NCBI RefSeq assembly: GCF_006345805.1
Contig: NC_043017.1
Coordinates: forward strand, 28,892,001-28,956,000
Direction: 5' to 3'
Length of the DNA: 64,000 nt
Source of the DNA: Octopus sinensis
Taxonomy: Eukaryota
Below the pieces are notes generated by a model, which saw nothing but the letters and a program-made list of their open reading frames with translations, was not told the DNA's origin and made no database searches. The stretch's first letter is position 1. Each line of letters starts with the position of its first letter. Both the position numbers and the translations under genes were made by a program. Below, one piece after another: positions 1 to 12,949 of the stretch.

Positions 1-119
1 TAAGAGTGGTACTTGCCACTATTTTATCGTATTTGGTGGGTGAACATTCCCTCTTGAATAGAAGTTTCGGTAGTCACCGGGATGTTTATCTAATTCACAG
101 TTGTGTATCTACTTCAACC

Positions 120-494
120 TGGAGGCGCAATGGCCTAGTGGTTAGGGCAGCGGACTCGCAGTCGTAGGATCGCGGTTTCGATTCCCAGACCGGGCGTTGT
201 GAGTGTTTATTGAGCGAAAACACCTAAAGCTCCACGAGGCTCCGGCAGGGCATGGTGGTGATCCCTGCTGTACTCTTTCACCACAACTTTCTCTCACTCT
301 TACTTCCTGTTTCTGTTGTACCTGTATTTCAAAGGGCCGGTCTTATCACTCTCTGTGTCACGCTGAATATCCCCGAGAACTACGTTAAACGTACACGTGT
401 CTGTGGAGTGTTCAGCCACTTACACGTTAATTTCACGAGCAGGCTGTTCCGTTGATCGGATCAACCGGAACCCTCGTCGTCGAACCGACGGAGT
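120..494 (+). mobile_element. tRNA-derived SINE, family A (OR-like octopus SINE)
   Basis: Pol III A-box TGGCCTAGTGG and B-box-like GGTTTCGATTCC; near-identical copies at 15334-15713 and 31416-31796. Confidence 0.85.
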
Positions 495-1451
495 ACTTCC
501 ATCCATCTACTTCAACCATGAAGTAAAACACTGCTTATTTATTATCTACATGTCTTGTTGGAATCCTTCCGTTTTACAAACTTTAGAAACTAGAAATTCA
601 AATTTCATTCAGTTCGAACTGTTGATTGGGTTTGCGTTGAAATTATCATGTTTATCAATAATTACATTATATTAAAACTTAGTCGTATTGACTATAGAAT
701 AAACAGTTGTGATTTGTGCTTTGTCTATGCTAATAGATTTCTCTGCCCAGACAATCATATACATGATGAAAGCTTTGGATGAAATACATCAGCACTCAAT
801 TACAATATCCTTACTAAGACATATTTCTCCAACCAAACGACGAAATAGCATCACATTTTCGGTTCAGTTTGTGTGATACAAATCTCGTAACCATGGTATT
901 TTAAAGCTAATTATTAATGTATCAGAATAATTAGATTTCTCTTTGAGGTTTCTATTTTCAGGTTTCCCTTTCATGGAAGAACTTGAATTTCCAGTTTTAT
1001 CTACTAATTTGTTTCTTTTTACCGTTTACTTAGAATGTACTGCTTAAAAGTGTCTATACGCTTTTGGAAATATCTAATCGAGTTACGAGGTAGGTTTAAA
1101 TAAATATATTCATTAATCAACATCAGTGTATAAAAAAAGAGTATAATAGATGATATTTTGTATCATTTTATTTATACGAGAGAGCACACCCACATTTCTG
1201 TTTACAATTTTTGATTTGTAGGCCATGATCTATCGGTTAAAAAAGAGACAGAAGAAAAATATTGCAGCAAAGTTACATGATAGAATTGTCGGAGGTGGCA
1301 TGCAAACCATCATATAACTTATATTCTTTCCTTCCTTTTATTATGACATGCGCATTTCGTTTTTATACTTCTCCCGTTTTATGAACTGAGTGCGCGCATG
1401 TGCATTGCGTGTTCGTACTTTTCTTCCCGGGTCTTACACTAAACGTTTTAC

Positions 1452-1569
1452 AGATCACAACCATCTCACAAACGCTTATAGTTCACAGCCATCTCACAAC
1501 CATCTCACAAACCCTTATAGATCACAGCCATCTCACAAACGCTTATAAATCTCAACCATATCAAAAACG
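1452..1569. repeat. ~28-bp minisatellite (AGATCACARCCATCTCACAAACGCTTAT), about 4 imperfect units
   Basis: Unit read directly; one partial internal duplication. Confidence 0.8.
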
Positions 1570-2133
1570 TGAGGAGCGCTTCGCACTCCAATGATTCTGA
1601 GAACAGAATGAGTTTTTCTCAAGAGAAGAATATTAAATTTTTTATCAGCACCTTCATTCTTTCATAAAACCTGACCGAGCACATGCATTCATATGTACGT
1701 ATATGTATGCCTACATAAATTAAAACGAGTACACATACACACATACATACGCATATATATGTGTATATAAGCCCATATGTCAACGTATTTAAATTATCAT
1801 GGCAAAAGCATTATACAATATTATACAAAATAAGAATTTTACCTCTAATCAAATGATCGCTTTTGCTTAATATTCTCAAATTTTGAGTGTTAGATGCACT
1901 TATATGTAGTTAATTAGTAATCAAGGAATTTTTCGATACAGGGTAGGTAAATCTCTAATTTTCAATAAGGATTTATATTTATTTCTAGCTTATTTATATC
2001 AATAAATGTGGCCTCTTTATTTAGTCGCACTTCAGTTGAGGTCCAAATAAGACGTTGATATAATGGGAAGATTAGGAATTGTAATTGCAGTTGCTCTGCA
2101 CATCTATCAGCGTGTTCAGTGAGATGTATCTGG

Positions 2134-2524
<391 letters not shown>

Positions 2525-2525
<1 letters not shown>

Positions 2526-2720
2526 GACCTCATGTGTACCGTTGGCTATTTTTTCCTCTGTCTTCCCTTCTCTGGATCTTTCCCTCTCCTATGTTTCCGA
2601 CGAAGAGCTCCGCTCGAAACGTTAAACCCTCCTTCTTTCCTTCTTTCATGAGCGTCCAATAATACTATATTTGTTCCACGTCCTCGCGTTGTTGTGCTTT
2701 TTGTGCTTTCTTGTTTGTAT

Positions 2721-2722
<2 letters not shown>
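2525..2722 (+). mobile_element. Penelope-like terminal (pLTR) fragment with minimal hammerhead-like motif
   Basis: CCGACGA-A-GAGC-TCC-GCTC-GAAACGTT at 2597-2623; flanked by dinucleotide arrays; its 5' part recurs at 25454-25535. Confidence 0.5.
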
Positions 2723-2776
<54 letters not shown>

Positions 2777-3052
2777 ATATATATATCGTCATCACGTGTC
2801 ATCTCATCAAGTGTTCAATCAAATACCCTAAACGTTGAACTACCACTGTACTGCCTATGTATTGTGAGATATAGTCTTGTTAATGACAGACAGCTGTGAG
2901 CTCCACATTTTCTGGCATCTACAGAACTACTCTTCTGTGCTGTGGCTTTGGTCAAAGCGCCAGTGTATGCATCATTCTCATTGATTCCGAAGTATTTGCA
3001 GCTTTAATTACTAGAGATACGGGAAATATACGTAAATATGTATGTATGTATG

Positions 3053-3086
<34 letters not shown>

Positions 3087-3576
3087 TGTATGTATGTATG
3101 TATGTATGTATGTATGTATGTATGAATGTATATATGTGTATGTATATGTGAGTGTGTGAGAGAGAGTGAGAGAGAGAAAGAATGTACATTCTTTGCTTTT
3201 AAGAGTTTAGCTAATACAATAATCGTTAAAATTTATTATTTCTGCTGTTTTTTTCTTTATTTTCTGTTCGATGACTTCTTAATACCTCTATGAATAAGTG
3301 TGTGGTGTGTGCGTGATGTCTGTCTGACTATATGTGATTATATGTAATATATATATTTAAACGTATAGTTATCATTACGTTAATGTACACTGCGAATGAA
3401 AAGAAGATTGAAACATTTGAATAATTGTGTTTGATATAATTAGTAATTTGGATTATACTTAGAATATTTTTTTAGCATTTGTATGGGTGTAGTTTAAACA
3501 TTCGCATAGAAAAACTCTTACTGTTGTTCACTTTCGTTTTTCTGCTTAAGATGAGGATGTGAGAATTAACCATACC

Positions 3577-3984
3577 CTTTTCACTTGTTTCAGTCATTTG
3601 ACTGCGGCCATGCTGGAGCACCGCCTTTAATCGAGCAACTCGACCCCGAGACTTATTCTTTTGTAAGCCCAGTACTTATTTTATCGGTCTCTTTTGCCGA
3701 ACCGCTATGTAACGGGGACATAAACACACCAGCATCGGTTGTCAAGCAATGCTAGGGGGACAAATACAGACACACAAAGGCACACACACGCATATATATA
3801 TATATATATATATACATATATACGACGGGCTTCTTTCAGTTTCCGTCTACCAAATCCACTCACAAGGCTTTGGTCGGCCCGGGGCTATAGTAGAAGACAC
3901 TTGCCCAAGGTGCCACGCAGTGGGACTGAACCCGGAACCATGTGGTTGGTAAACAAGCTACTTACAACACAGCCACTCCTGCGC
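3577..3984 (-). mobile_element. tRNA-derived SINE, family D (internal TA/TG microsatellite)
   Basis: Head GCGCAGGAGTGGCTGTG...GGGTTCAGTCCC, tail GACTGAAACAAGT; at least 7 homologous copies in the window. Confidence 0.85.
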
Positions 3985-4323
3985 CCATATACATAAATTA
4001 TAAAATATATTTCGGGCCTCATTCCTCATGCCCTGCCTTACTCATCCCCACCACAGACGTAGGCCACTTTTCTGCAGCAAAATATATTTCACAAATAAAA
4101 AAAAAAACATAACGTAATTAGCCCACTATTTTGTTTTGTTTTTACATCCAACGACACCACATCATTTAGATACCCCATTATCGTTCCACTTTTATTCAAC
4201 GCACCCCCTGGATCTTTCTACTGTCCCCAGGAAAGCGGACGAAGAACCGTTCACTTTGTGAAGCACTGCTTTAAATTGTAAGATCGCACATAACTATTGA
4301 AAATTTATATGTAAAAGTAAATA

Positions 4324-4520
4324 ATTCTTTTCTACTCTAGGCACAAGGCCTGAAATTTTTGGGGTGGCCAATCAATTAGATCGACCACAGTACGCAACTT
4401 GTACTTAATTTATCAACCCCGAAAGGATGAAAGGTAAAATCGTCCTAGGCAGAATTTGAACTCAGAACGAAAAGACAGACGAAATACCGTTAGGCATTTC
4501 GGCTAGCGTGCAAGTGTTTC
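4324..4520 (-). mobile_element. Older family B-related SINE (B') with GGCCTTGTGCC-type tail
   Basis: Shared B core CTTTCATCCTTTCGGGG and B-box GAGTTCAAATT; different tail. Confidence 0.7.
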
Positions 4521-4522
4521 TT

Positions 4523-4938
4523 ATTTCTTTATTGCCCACAAGGGGCTAAAAATAGATGGGACAAACAAGAACAGACAAAGGGATTAAGTAGATTAAATCG
4601 ACCCCAGTACATAACTGGTACTTAATTTATATACCCTGTGAGGATGAAAGGCAAATTCGACCTCAGCGGAATTTGAACTCAGAGTATAACGACAGACAAA
4701 ATACATATTTCTTTACTACCCACAAGAGGCTAAACACAGATGGGACGGACAAACACAGACAAACGGATTAAGTCGATTATATCGACACCAGTGCTTAACT
4801 GGTACTTATTTAATCGACCCCGAGAGGATGAAAGGCAAAGTCGACCTCGGCGGAATTTGAACTCACAACGTAACGCAGACGAAATACCGCAAAGCATTTC
4901 GCCCGGCGTGCTAACTTTTCTGCCACCTCGCCGCCTTG
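4523..4938 (-). mobile_element. Family B SINE, head plus two tandem ~180-bp units
   Basis: Head AAGGCGGCGAG.TGGCAG, unit repeated at 4523-4705 and 4706-4885. Confidence 0.85.
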
Positions 4939-5384
4939 AATAATTAGAGACAAATGACATTTCTTTCATTTTTTTCTTTTTCATTTTTGTTCTGCAAGCT
5001 ACATTTCTCTAGAATGATACTCATTAAATTCAGCTAAGTTCATTTATTGAAAGACATTTACTACTAAATACGAAAACCATGCTGAATTGTATTCCATGCG
5101 TTGCTATTTATCTATCCGTATATATCATTCTATCATTGTTTCTCTCTATGCTTGTCTGTGTTTGTCTAGCTGTGACGGTAAATGTTAAGTGTACATGAAT
5201 AGTTGTGTTATGTTTTTTCCTGTTTCACTGTATTTGTTGTATCAAAACTATGTTTATAGAAAACAGCAGCACATGAAAGTGAAATGAGCCGCTAAAACTG
5301 TCACACTAAACGTCCATATTTAGAGATTCTTTTTGCTGCTGCTGTTGTTGCTGTCATCGGTAGTGTTGTTGTTTGCTGCTGCTT

Positions 5385-5768
5385 CTGGCCTTGGCAGAAT
5401 CATTAGCATGACGGGCAAAATTACTGAGTGGCATTTCGTACGTCTTCACGATCTGAGTTCAAATTATGCTAAAGTTCACTTTACCTTTCCTTCTTTCGGG
5501 GACAGTAAATGAAATACCTATTTCTTTATTACCCACAAGGGGCTAAACACAGAGGGGCAAACAAGGACAGACATAGGTATTAAGTCGATTACATCGACCC
5601 CAGGGCGTAACTGGTACTTAATTTATCGACCCCGAAGGGATGAAAGGCAAAGTCGACCTCGGTGGAATTTGAACTCACAACATAACGCAGACGAAATACC
5701 GCTAAGCATTTCGCCCGGCGTGCTAACGTTTCTGCCAGCTCGCCGCCTTAGTAAATGAAATACCAGTC
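5385..5768 (+). mobile_element. Decayed B' SINE interrupted by a younger B copy
   Basis: TTGGCAGAATCATTAGC head, GAGTTCAAATT, CTTTCGGGG; resumes after 5749. Confidence 0.65.
5519..5749 (-). mobile_element. Family B SINE with 15-bp TSD
   Basis: AGTAAATGAAATACC at 5504-5518 and 5750-5764. Confidence 0.9.
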
Positions 5769-6002
5769 TCTGCAGGATAGTATTAATGGTAAAAATTTCA
5801 ATTCCTTGGATGACGTAAAAAGATTTCTTTACCTTGAAACCACCTCAATCCTGGGAATTGGGTATTTTCAAGTAAAAGGAAAGATGGAGACGCATTGTAC
5901 AACAAAATGGTTCATATTTGGCTGATTATAAATGTAATGGCATGCATTTATGAACCTTTTTCTTTCTTTTAAAAATCGGCACAAACTTTCCGGAACCCAA
6001 TA
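5766..6002 (+). mobile_element. Mariner 3' end fragment with TIR
   Basis: Encodes degenerate SLQDSINGKNFNSLDDVK; ends in TIR AAAAATCGGCACAAACTTTCCGGAACCCAATA; homologous to 23955-24200. Confidence 0.8.
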
Positions 6003-7021
6003 CTTTAGTTAAGTGTTATTAAACTGGAGCAGTGCTTACTTGTCGGTTAATTTAAATGATGACAAAACCGGTGATGAAGATGCTCTTTCTAGCATGTGAG
6101 TGTGTGATGTTCCTACATCAAATATAGAGATTTGCATTGCCTATAATACCTATCACATACCAAGCCTAAATTACAAATGATCTTCACACACACATACGCG
6201 TATATATAAATAAATTGTGCAGGAGAAAACGGTCGATAATTTGATATTCACATTCTGTCGTAGTATTTATCTTCGACATTTTAACAGCACACTGAAGCTT
6301 CTTTTCTCATTTTCCCATTACGCAACTCTGCATTATCTTCCTGTCAGCCCATCTCTCTAAATTTGCGTGAGAAATACACTTCATACTAAATGAATTTAGG
6401 AAATCATGCCGACACAGCAATTTTCTTTTGACGTTTGTACTACATTATCGTTTGGCTGTTTTCTGGTATTTCCTTTGTCAATTCCCTTATTTGATAACAA
6501 AATAGAAACAAATTGCAGGAAAAAAAAGAAGAAGAAATAATCGACAAGTATATTGTCAACTAATATCGAGTGACACATTTCGGAATTTTATAAGTGGAAA
6601 TTTTTATAAGTGAAATTGTTTCGTGTCTTCGTGGCGTACATTTTGGTAGAACGTTAACTACTGATCTTTATATTCATAAAAAAATTTTTGCATAAATTAA
6701 ATCAATAAAACGATAACATCTAAGGCTTAAGAAGTTAAACTGCCTAGATTAATGTATTGATAAGTGTTAGAATGAACCAGTGAGAATAATATGTAACGGT
6801 GTTTAACTTATGCGTGTTGTAATAATTTGATGTCTGCAGGTTTCATGCTTTGTTTAAGCGATGGAGCATCACTAGGAGCTTTTCGTTTCCTTGAAATGCA
6901 TTTGGTACATATCTGCTCGAGTTAGAGCATTCTAACCACGATGACATATATATATAATATATATATATATTATATATATATATATATATAAGAAAGTTGG
7001 TTTGTGAAAGCACGTGGTTGA

Positions 7022-7220
7022 ATATATAGAAAATAGTAAAAAGTGAAAAAACTACAGAAGGCTTAAAGGTTAAAAACGCGAAACCGGTCTTTCTTCTAAA
7101 TTATGTCATTGTATGGAAAAAAAAATTTATATTCTTCAGACATATTGACGCAAATATATATATATTTTTTAACCTTTAAGCCTTCTGTAGTTTTTTCACT
7201 TTTTACTATTTCCTATATAT
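7022..7220. repeat. 55-bp inverted repeat (7022-7076 / 7166-7220), 1 mismatch
   Basis: Arms compared by eye. Confidence 0.85.
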
Positions 7221-7265
<45 letters not shown>

Positions 7266-7384
7266 ATATATATATATATATAATATATATATATTCAAAT
7301 TACATTTCACAACTTCTGAAGCTTTGTTGTTTTTTTTTTAGGGAAGACATTTATTCATTTCAAAGAAATACGAAACTTGTTCAT

Positions 7385-8345
7385 CTACTTTAGAGTAGAA
7401 CGTCTCATTTCAATGCAGTTGTTGTAGCGCTCCATCCCCTTCGTGGAGACTTAATGGATTTGCTCTAAAAGGAAGTATTATAAAGTAAAGCTGTCACAGT
7501 CTCTTCCATCTCAAAGTCTTCAAAACGACTTCCCATGAGATATCCATTCAGGTTGAGGTTCGGGAATTTTGAAAGTGTTGTGATCTCCATCTTTGTCAAG
7601 TATTTAGTTTTGTGAACGTGTGCATTGTCCTGGTGCAGGTGTCACGGACCGGAGTGGAAGAAATCTGGGCTTTTGCAATGAAATCTCTTCCTGAACTCTC
7701 TCAAATCCTCCACAATGTAATTTTCATGAACCCTCTGGCAAGAAGGTACCCAGTAGTTGTATACGATGCTCATGCCCTTGAAAAGGAGGATCATTATGTT
7801 CTTTCTGATGTAATTGTTTGCGTGGCCTTCTTGGGTCGGCAGAGCCATTCATTAGCTACTCTAACTCTTTTGATTTCTGGATCATTATAGTACACTCATC
7901 TTTCCTCACAGGTCACCAGAGATTCAAATACTGTTGGATTGAAGGTATTGAGTTCAACCATCTCCCCTTTGCCACCAACGGGTCATTCCTTCTGTTTGTC
8001 ACTGAACTCCTCAAGAAAAAAACATTTGCACAAATTTGGTGCATGCTCACATCCTCAATTAATCTGTCAACTCTTATCCCACACACTCCAAACTATATTT
8101 TCATTGTCATTATAGACACGTGACGGTCTTCATCCAGTCAACTGAAATTCCTGAACCAACTCTGACGTTCTGACGTCCCCTTTCGTCTCAATTCGTCCCA
8201 GCTCGCATCACCTCTTACTTTCTCTTTACAGTGCCTGAACCACTGGGACCAGCAAAACATTGATGGTCGGCTCATACAAGTCAGTTCGTCCACAGTCTCA
8301 AGTGCTTCATAAACCTCTGTAGCGTTTTTACACAGTGAAGAACGA
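7385..8345 (-). pseudogene. Degenerate mariner transposase
   Basis: KNATEVYEAL N-terminus, KSPDFFHSGP*HLHQDNAHVH, GSRFEDFE and RYNNCIE-like C-terminus; stops, frameshifts, YSPDLAP block deleted. Confidence 0.8.
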
Positions 8346-9334
8346 AACTTATTGATTTTCGAGCATTAAAATCGTCTTCACACCCCGATTCAAAACAATT
8401 ATTTGTAATAACCAGTGTTTTCTAAGTGTTGTTACAACTGTCTCCTTCCATCAGGGACGTATGGAAGGTAAACCTATTACATGTATAGTAATGATATACT
8501 TAAATTACCATGATGTATGATAGTTATACGAGTTTCAACTGGAGTGCATATTTTATGTATATGATTCCCTGGTGGATGAAGCTTGAACAACGGTATTTGA
8601 TTTAAGCTGAAATATCTACAGTGGCCTAGTTACGTCTCTATGGGATACATACTCTGGTCAGTTGGCAAACCGTCACGTAGACACCTGTTTGGTATTTGAT
8701 CTCTGAACATAAATTATTGCAAAAGATACTGGAAATGAGTACATCCGACTCTTTAGTGATTTCGTCAATTCTTAATCTTAGAGTACAATCCGTTTCAGTG
8801 ATTAGAGCGCGGTCATGCCTTTTCCTAGTCGAAGTTTGCTGTAGGAGAGTCCTTGCCCATAGAGGATGCATACAGCCAATGGAATGAGAAGAGAGCAAAT
8901 GGTGCTTGTGCACAGAATCGGAGAGACAGCAGAAGGAGTCTCCAGCTTGTTATGGAGGAGCAAGAAAAAAGATTTAAGGTGGACGCCAGGAGGAAATGAT
9001 GAGCAGTGATTAGGCCACCTCGGCTAGCCACCAACGGAAAGGCTTTTCAATCCATGGTGGAAAAATGTTATGGTCCTCGTATAGAATTCGATGACATCAA
9101 TTCCTTCTAATCAATAGTTCCATTTACTTCGTTCTAATGTTATCAACACTGTAATATATACCATATATATTATTCTACTCCATAAAATTCTGCATTTCTC
9201 AAACTAAGTTCCAAAATACAAGGATTATCTCTTACATTGAAAGATATGGCTTCATAAGTTAAGTTACAACACATCACTAGTTTACTTCATAGAAATATTG
9301 AATTGAAATACTCACTTCATAGAAATATTGAATT

Positions 9335-9733
9335 AAGGCGGCGAGCTGGCAGAAGCGTTAGCACGCCGGGCGAAATGCTTAGCGGTATTTCCTCTGCCGC
9401 TACGTTCTGGGTTCAAATTTGTCTTTCATCCTTTCGGGGTTGAGTAATTAAGTACCAGTTACGCACTGGGGTTGATATAATCCACTTAATCCGTTTGTAT
9501 GTCCTTGTTTGTCCTCTCTGTGTTTAGCCCCTTGTGGGTAGTAAAGAAATAGATATTTCGTCTGCCGTTATGTTCTGAGTTGAAATTCCGCGAGGTCGAC
9601 TTTGCCTTTCATCCTTTCGGGGTCGATAAATTAAGTAGCAGTTACGCACTGGGGTCGATGTAATCGACTTAATCCCTTTGTCTGTCTTTGTTCGTCCCTT
9701 CTATGTTTAGCCCCTTGTGGGCAACAAAGAAAT
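9335..9733 (+). mobile_element. Family B SINE, head plus two tandem units
   Basis: Second unit restarts at ATATTTCGTCTG (9553) after AAGAAATAG. Confidence 0.85.
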
Positions 9734-9959
9734 AACAATTATTGAATTGAATATGATTTTTGATACGTTTTTTACGGGCACTTTGGAGTTCGTATTCGGT
9801 CGCGGTCAAATTTGATTACAATCCGCGATAGCTGAGAAATCATCGAGAAACATTCACCCACAAATACTGTTGATTTCTGTTCAAAGTAGAAAACAATATT
9901 GAAGACGATGCGTTGGACACATTATTTAGAGTGGCGAAAAAATTGCCTTGCTCTATTAG

Positions 9960-10110
9960 TTACGTATCTTTACATTCTGACTTGAAGTAATCCCGAGGTC
10001 AATTTTGGTTTCCATTTGTTCGGAGTCGATAAGATATTTACCAATCAATTAATGAAGAAGCTATGGTGTCCACAAACATCTCCCCTCAAAATTTCTGGCC
10101 ATTTACCTAA
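9960..10110 (+). mobile_element. Highly decayed B' SINE
   Basis: GAGGTCAATTTTGGTTTCCATTTGTTCGGAGTCGATAA resembles the B core. Confidence 0.5.
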
Positions 10111-10954
10111 AATAGAAACCATTACTATTATTTGATCTTGATCTAGTCAGACGTCTTTTCAAGCGGTGTTTTGAAGCGAATTATTTTTATTGCATAGAAG
10201 AGTGTTTTATTGAACTAACAAACATACAGATAGCTTCGGAAATTTTGGATTTTTCACAGGGTTAGAAAAACAAGACAATAAATATTCGTTTTATGTTATT
10301 TTTAGACAAATTTTATGTTTTCCTCGCGTTGTCTATATAAAAAAGTAAATGACTACGAAAATTCCGAGCCACGATCCCAAAAGTAAATTAACGGCGTAGA
10401 AAATAACAGAATTTACAATCAGAAAAAAAATAAAAAGAATAGTAATTTAATTGCGCTGCAAACTATTGATGTGAACTTGAACAATAAAGTAAACAATAAT
10501 ATTTTAACAGATAAAACTGCCATTTTGAATACCTCGATTTGAAACGACAATAACAACAAAAATAACACATTGTCATGAACACAATCTTCAACAAACGAAT
10601 ATATTTCTACTTTTTATTGATGCAATGGTATCGTTCAAAGCGTACTAAACTACACAGAATTTTTTTATTGCGTATCTTTTCCCCTAGAAAGAAGAAATGC
10701 TGGCAAGAAACGATTCCAATATTGGCATCACGTTCGGTGGACTGCTTACAGCACCAAACAATATTTTGTATATTTGTGTCTCATAAAACTATCGAATGCT
10801 ATGGAAAACATTTTCGAAATACATGAAAAGTTCTATTAAATATGTGGTGGGGAAATAGTTTTATATGAAAGGTGCAGAGCCTGCAGGACCGTCTCAATTT
10901 TTTTTCTTTTTAATTTAAGAATACAACTTTAAAATATAATGTTTCTTCTCGAGC

Positions 10955-11431
10955 CAAACCCTGGCTCATAAGGGCCGGTTTCCTGGTTTCCTTGGCGTAC
11001 GTCTGCCGTTACGTTGTGAGTTCAAATTCCGCCGAGGTCGACTTTGCCTTTCATTCTTTCGGGGTCGATAAATTAAGTACCAGTTACGCACTGGGGTAGA
11101 TATAATCGACTTAATACCTATGTCTGTCCTTGTTTGTCTCCTCTATGTTTAGCCCCTTGTGGATAATAAAGAAATAGGTTTCCTTGGCGTACATATTTTC
11201 CCACCTGGACAGGACACCGATCCGTCGCAGGTGTGCTGCAAGATGCAGGAGGAAAGAGTGAGAGAAAGTTATGGCGAAAGTGTCAGCAGAGGTTCGCCAT
11301 TACCTTCTGCCGGAGCCGCATGGAGCTTAGGTGTTTCGCTCATAAACACACATATTGCCCGGTCTGAGATTCGAACCCGCGATCCCTCGACCGCGAGTCC
11401 GCTGCTCTAACCACTAGGCCACGGACCTCCG
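10955..11431 (-). mobile_element. SINE with family A head/body and family C-type tail, split by nested insertion
   Basis: A head at 11340-11431; tail GGTTTCC..GGCGTA...CCTGGACAGGAC matches the C tail. Confidence 0.75.
11001..11176 (+). mobile_element. Single headless family B unit with 16-bp TSD
   Basis: GGTTTCCTTGGCGTAC at 10985-11000 and 11177-11192. Confidence 0.9.
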
Positions 11432-11464
11432 CAGTTTGTTAATATGCTCACGACAAAATCAATA

Positions 11465-11915
11465 TGAGGAGCTTGGCTGGAAGAATCGTTAGCACAGTGT
11501 ACAAAATGTTTAACAGCATATTATCCGTTTTTACGTTCTGAGTTCAAATTCCACTGAGGTTGAATTTACTTTTCATTCTTTCAGGGTCTATTATATAAGT
11601 ATCAGCTGCGGATTGGGGGCTTTGCAATAGATTTATACTCTTCCCTGGAATTGCTAATCCTGTGCCAAAATTATTAATCAATGCAGTCAAAATCCAAGGC
11701 GGCGAGTTGGCGGGATTGTTAGCCCCCCAGGTAAAATGTTTAGCAGCATTTCGTCTCTCTTTACGTTCTGCGTCCAAATTCTGCCACGGTCGAAATTACC
11801 TGTCATCCTTTCGGGGTGACTAAAATAAGTACCTTTTGAATCCAGGAGTCGATGTAATACACTTAACCTCTTCACCGAAAATGCTGGCCTTGTGCCAAAA
11901 TTGGAACCAATATAC
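11465..11915 (+). mobile_element. Two adjacent decayed B' SINEs (about 11465-11680 and 11695-11915)
   Basis: Two heads (CTGGAAGAATCGTTAGC; GGCGGCGAGTTGGC) with B cores and TGTGCCAAAATT tails. Confidence 0.7.
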
Positions 11916-12949
11916 CCCAAAAAACACAAGAAACGGGCTAGCAGAAATGATGTGTACAACCATTTCTTTTATTGACTGAAACATTTTCAACTGATTTTAG
12001 CATCTATTTCCACAACCTGCGTTTTTGTAGTTGTTTGTTTAATGTAATCATTCTACTCCAGCACGCATAAGTCCATGTTTTCTCAGCCATTACTGCAATT
12101 TTCTTTGTTCTTTTGAAACCGCGTAATTTTTCACTGCTATCTGACATGTGTGGGTTTCCTTTCCATTGTTCTTTCAACATTACATTATCTAATTTCATTT
12201 CCAGTTTCCTTTTTATCTTTTGTCATAATTACACACGTTGTTTCTTTTCTCTCTCTTGCCTAAACTCTCTTATTTCAGTCTGTCTTCGCTTCCATAATTA
12301 CAGAACACTCTCTATTGTAATACCATTCTCACATTTTTATTTGTATTAATTCTCAATTATATATTCTAGCTAATATTTGTAGTCCTCGAGTCAATATTTT
12401 AAATATAGATTTTTATGGCCTAAAGGCCCTTGTAACCGTGAATCCATGGTATATGTATGCTCTTTATACCAAATTTAATTGACGCATTCTAAATGCTGCC
12501 ATTATACCTCTTATTTATTTCTCCTTGTGTCGGATTTTCTTAGTTCATTTAGCACTAGATGAAATTGTTATGATTATAGATTTTTCCAAAGAGTTAAAGA
12601 ATTGATACTTATTACTTTGTTTTATTTTGCATTTATCTCAGTTTTAATAATTAAACTAATGCTTTTAAAAAGAAATGTCTTTACAGATGTTTTTATACGT
12701 TTATGAGCTGGTGTGACATACGTCATATTCTTTCCTGAAATGGATGTATGTGTAAGACGTTGTTAGATCTAACAATTAACACTGTTTCTTCATTTAGCAC
12801 AGTGTTAGAGCTTTCAAATAACTTTTCTCTCTTCAAGGTTGCTTTAACGCATTTTTTCTAATCCGTGTTGACGACATTATGTTGTGTTAAAAACTATACA
12901 ATGGAGACAAATCCATTACGCATTTCTATAAGTACGTATGTGCGCATGT

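Noticed and set aside
120-200. tRNA-like heads of SINE families A-D as tRNA genes
   Set aside because: No complete cloverleaf or acceptor stem; they continue into repeated SINE bodies.
4523-4938. Regularly spaced repeats resembling a CRISPR array or retrozyme
   Set aside because: Units are whole-sequence tandem copies with no unique spacers, no cas genes and no CUGANGA/GAAA core.
10419-10523. Minus-strand 34-aa ORF MAVLSVKILLFTLLFKFTSIVCSA... with CAAAATGG context, like a signal peptide
   Set aside because: No convincing splice donor; hydrophobicity is expected from T-rich DNA.
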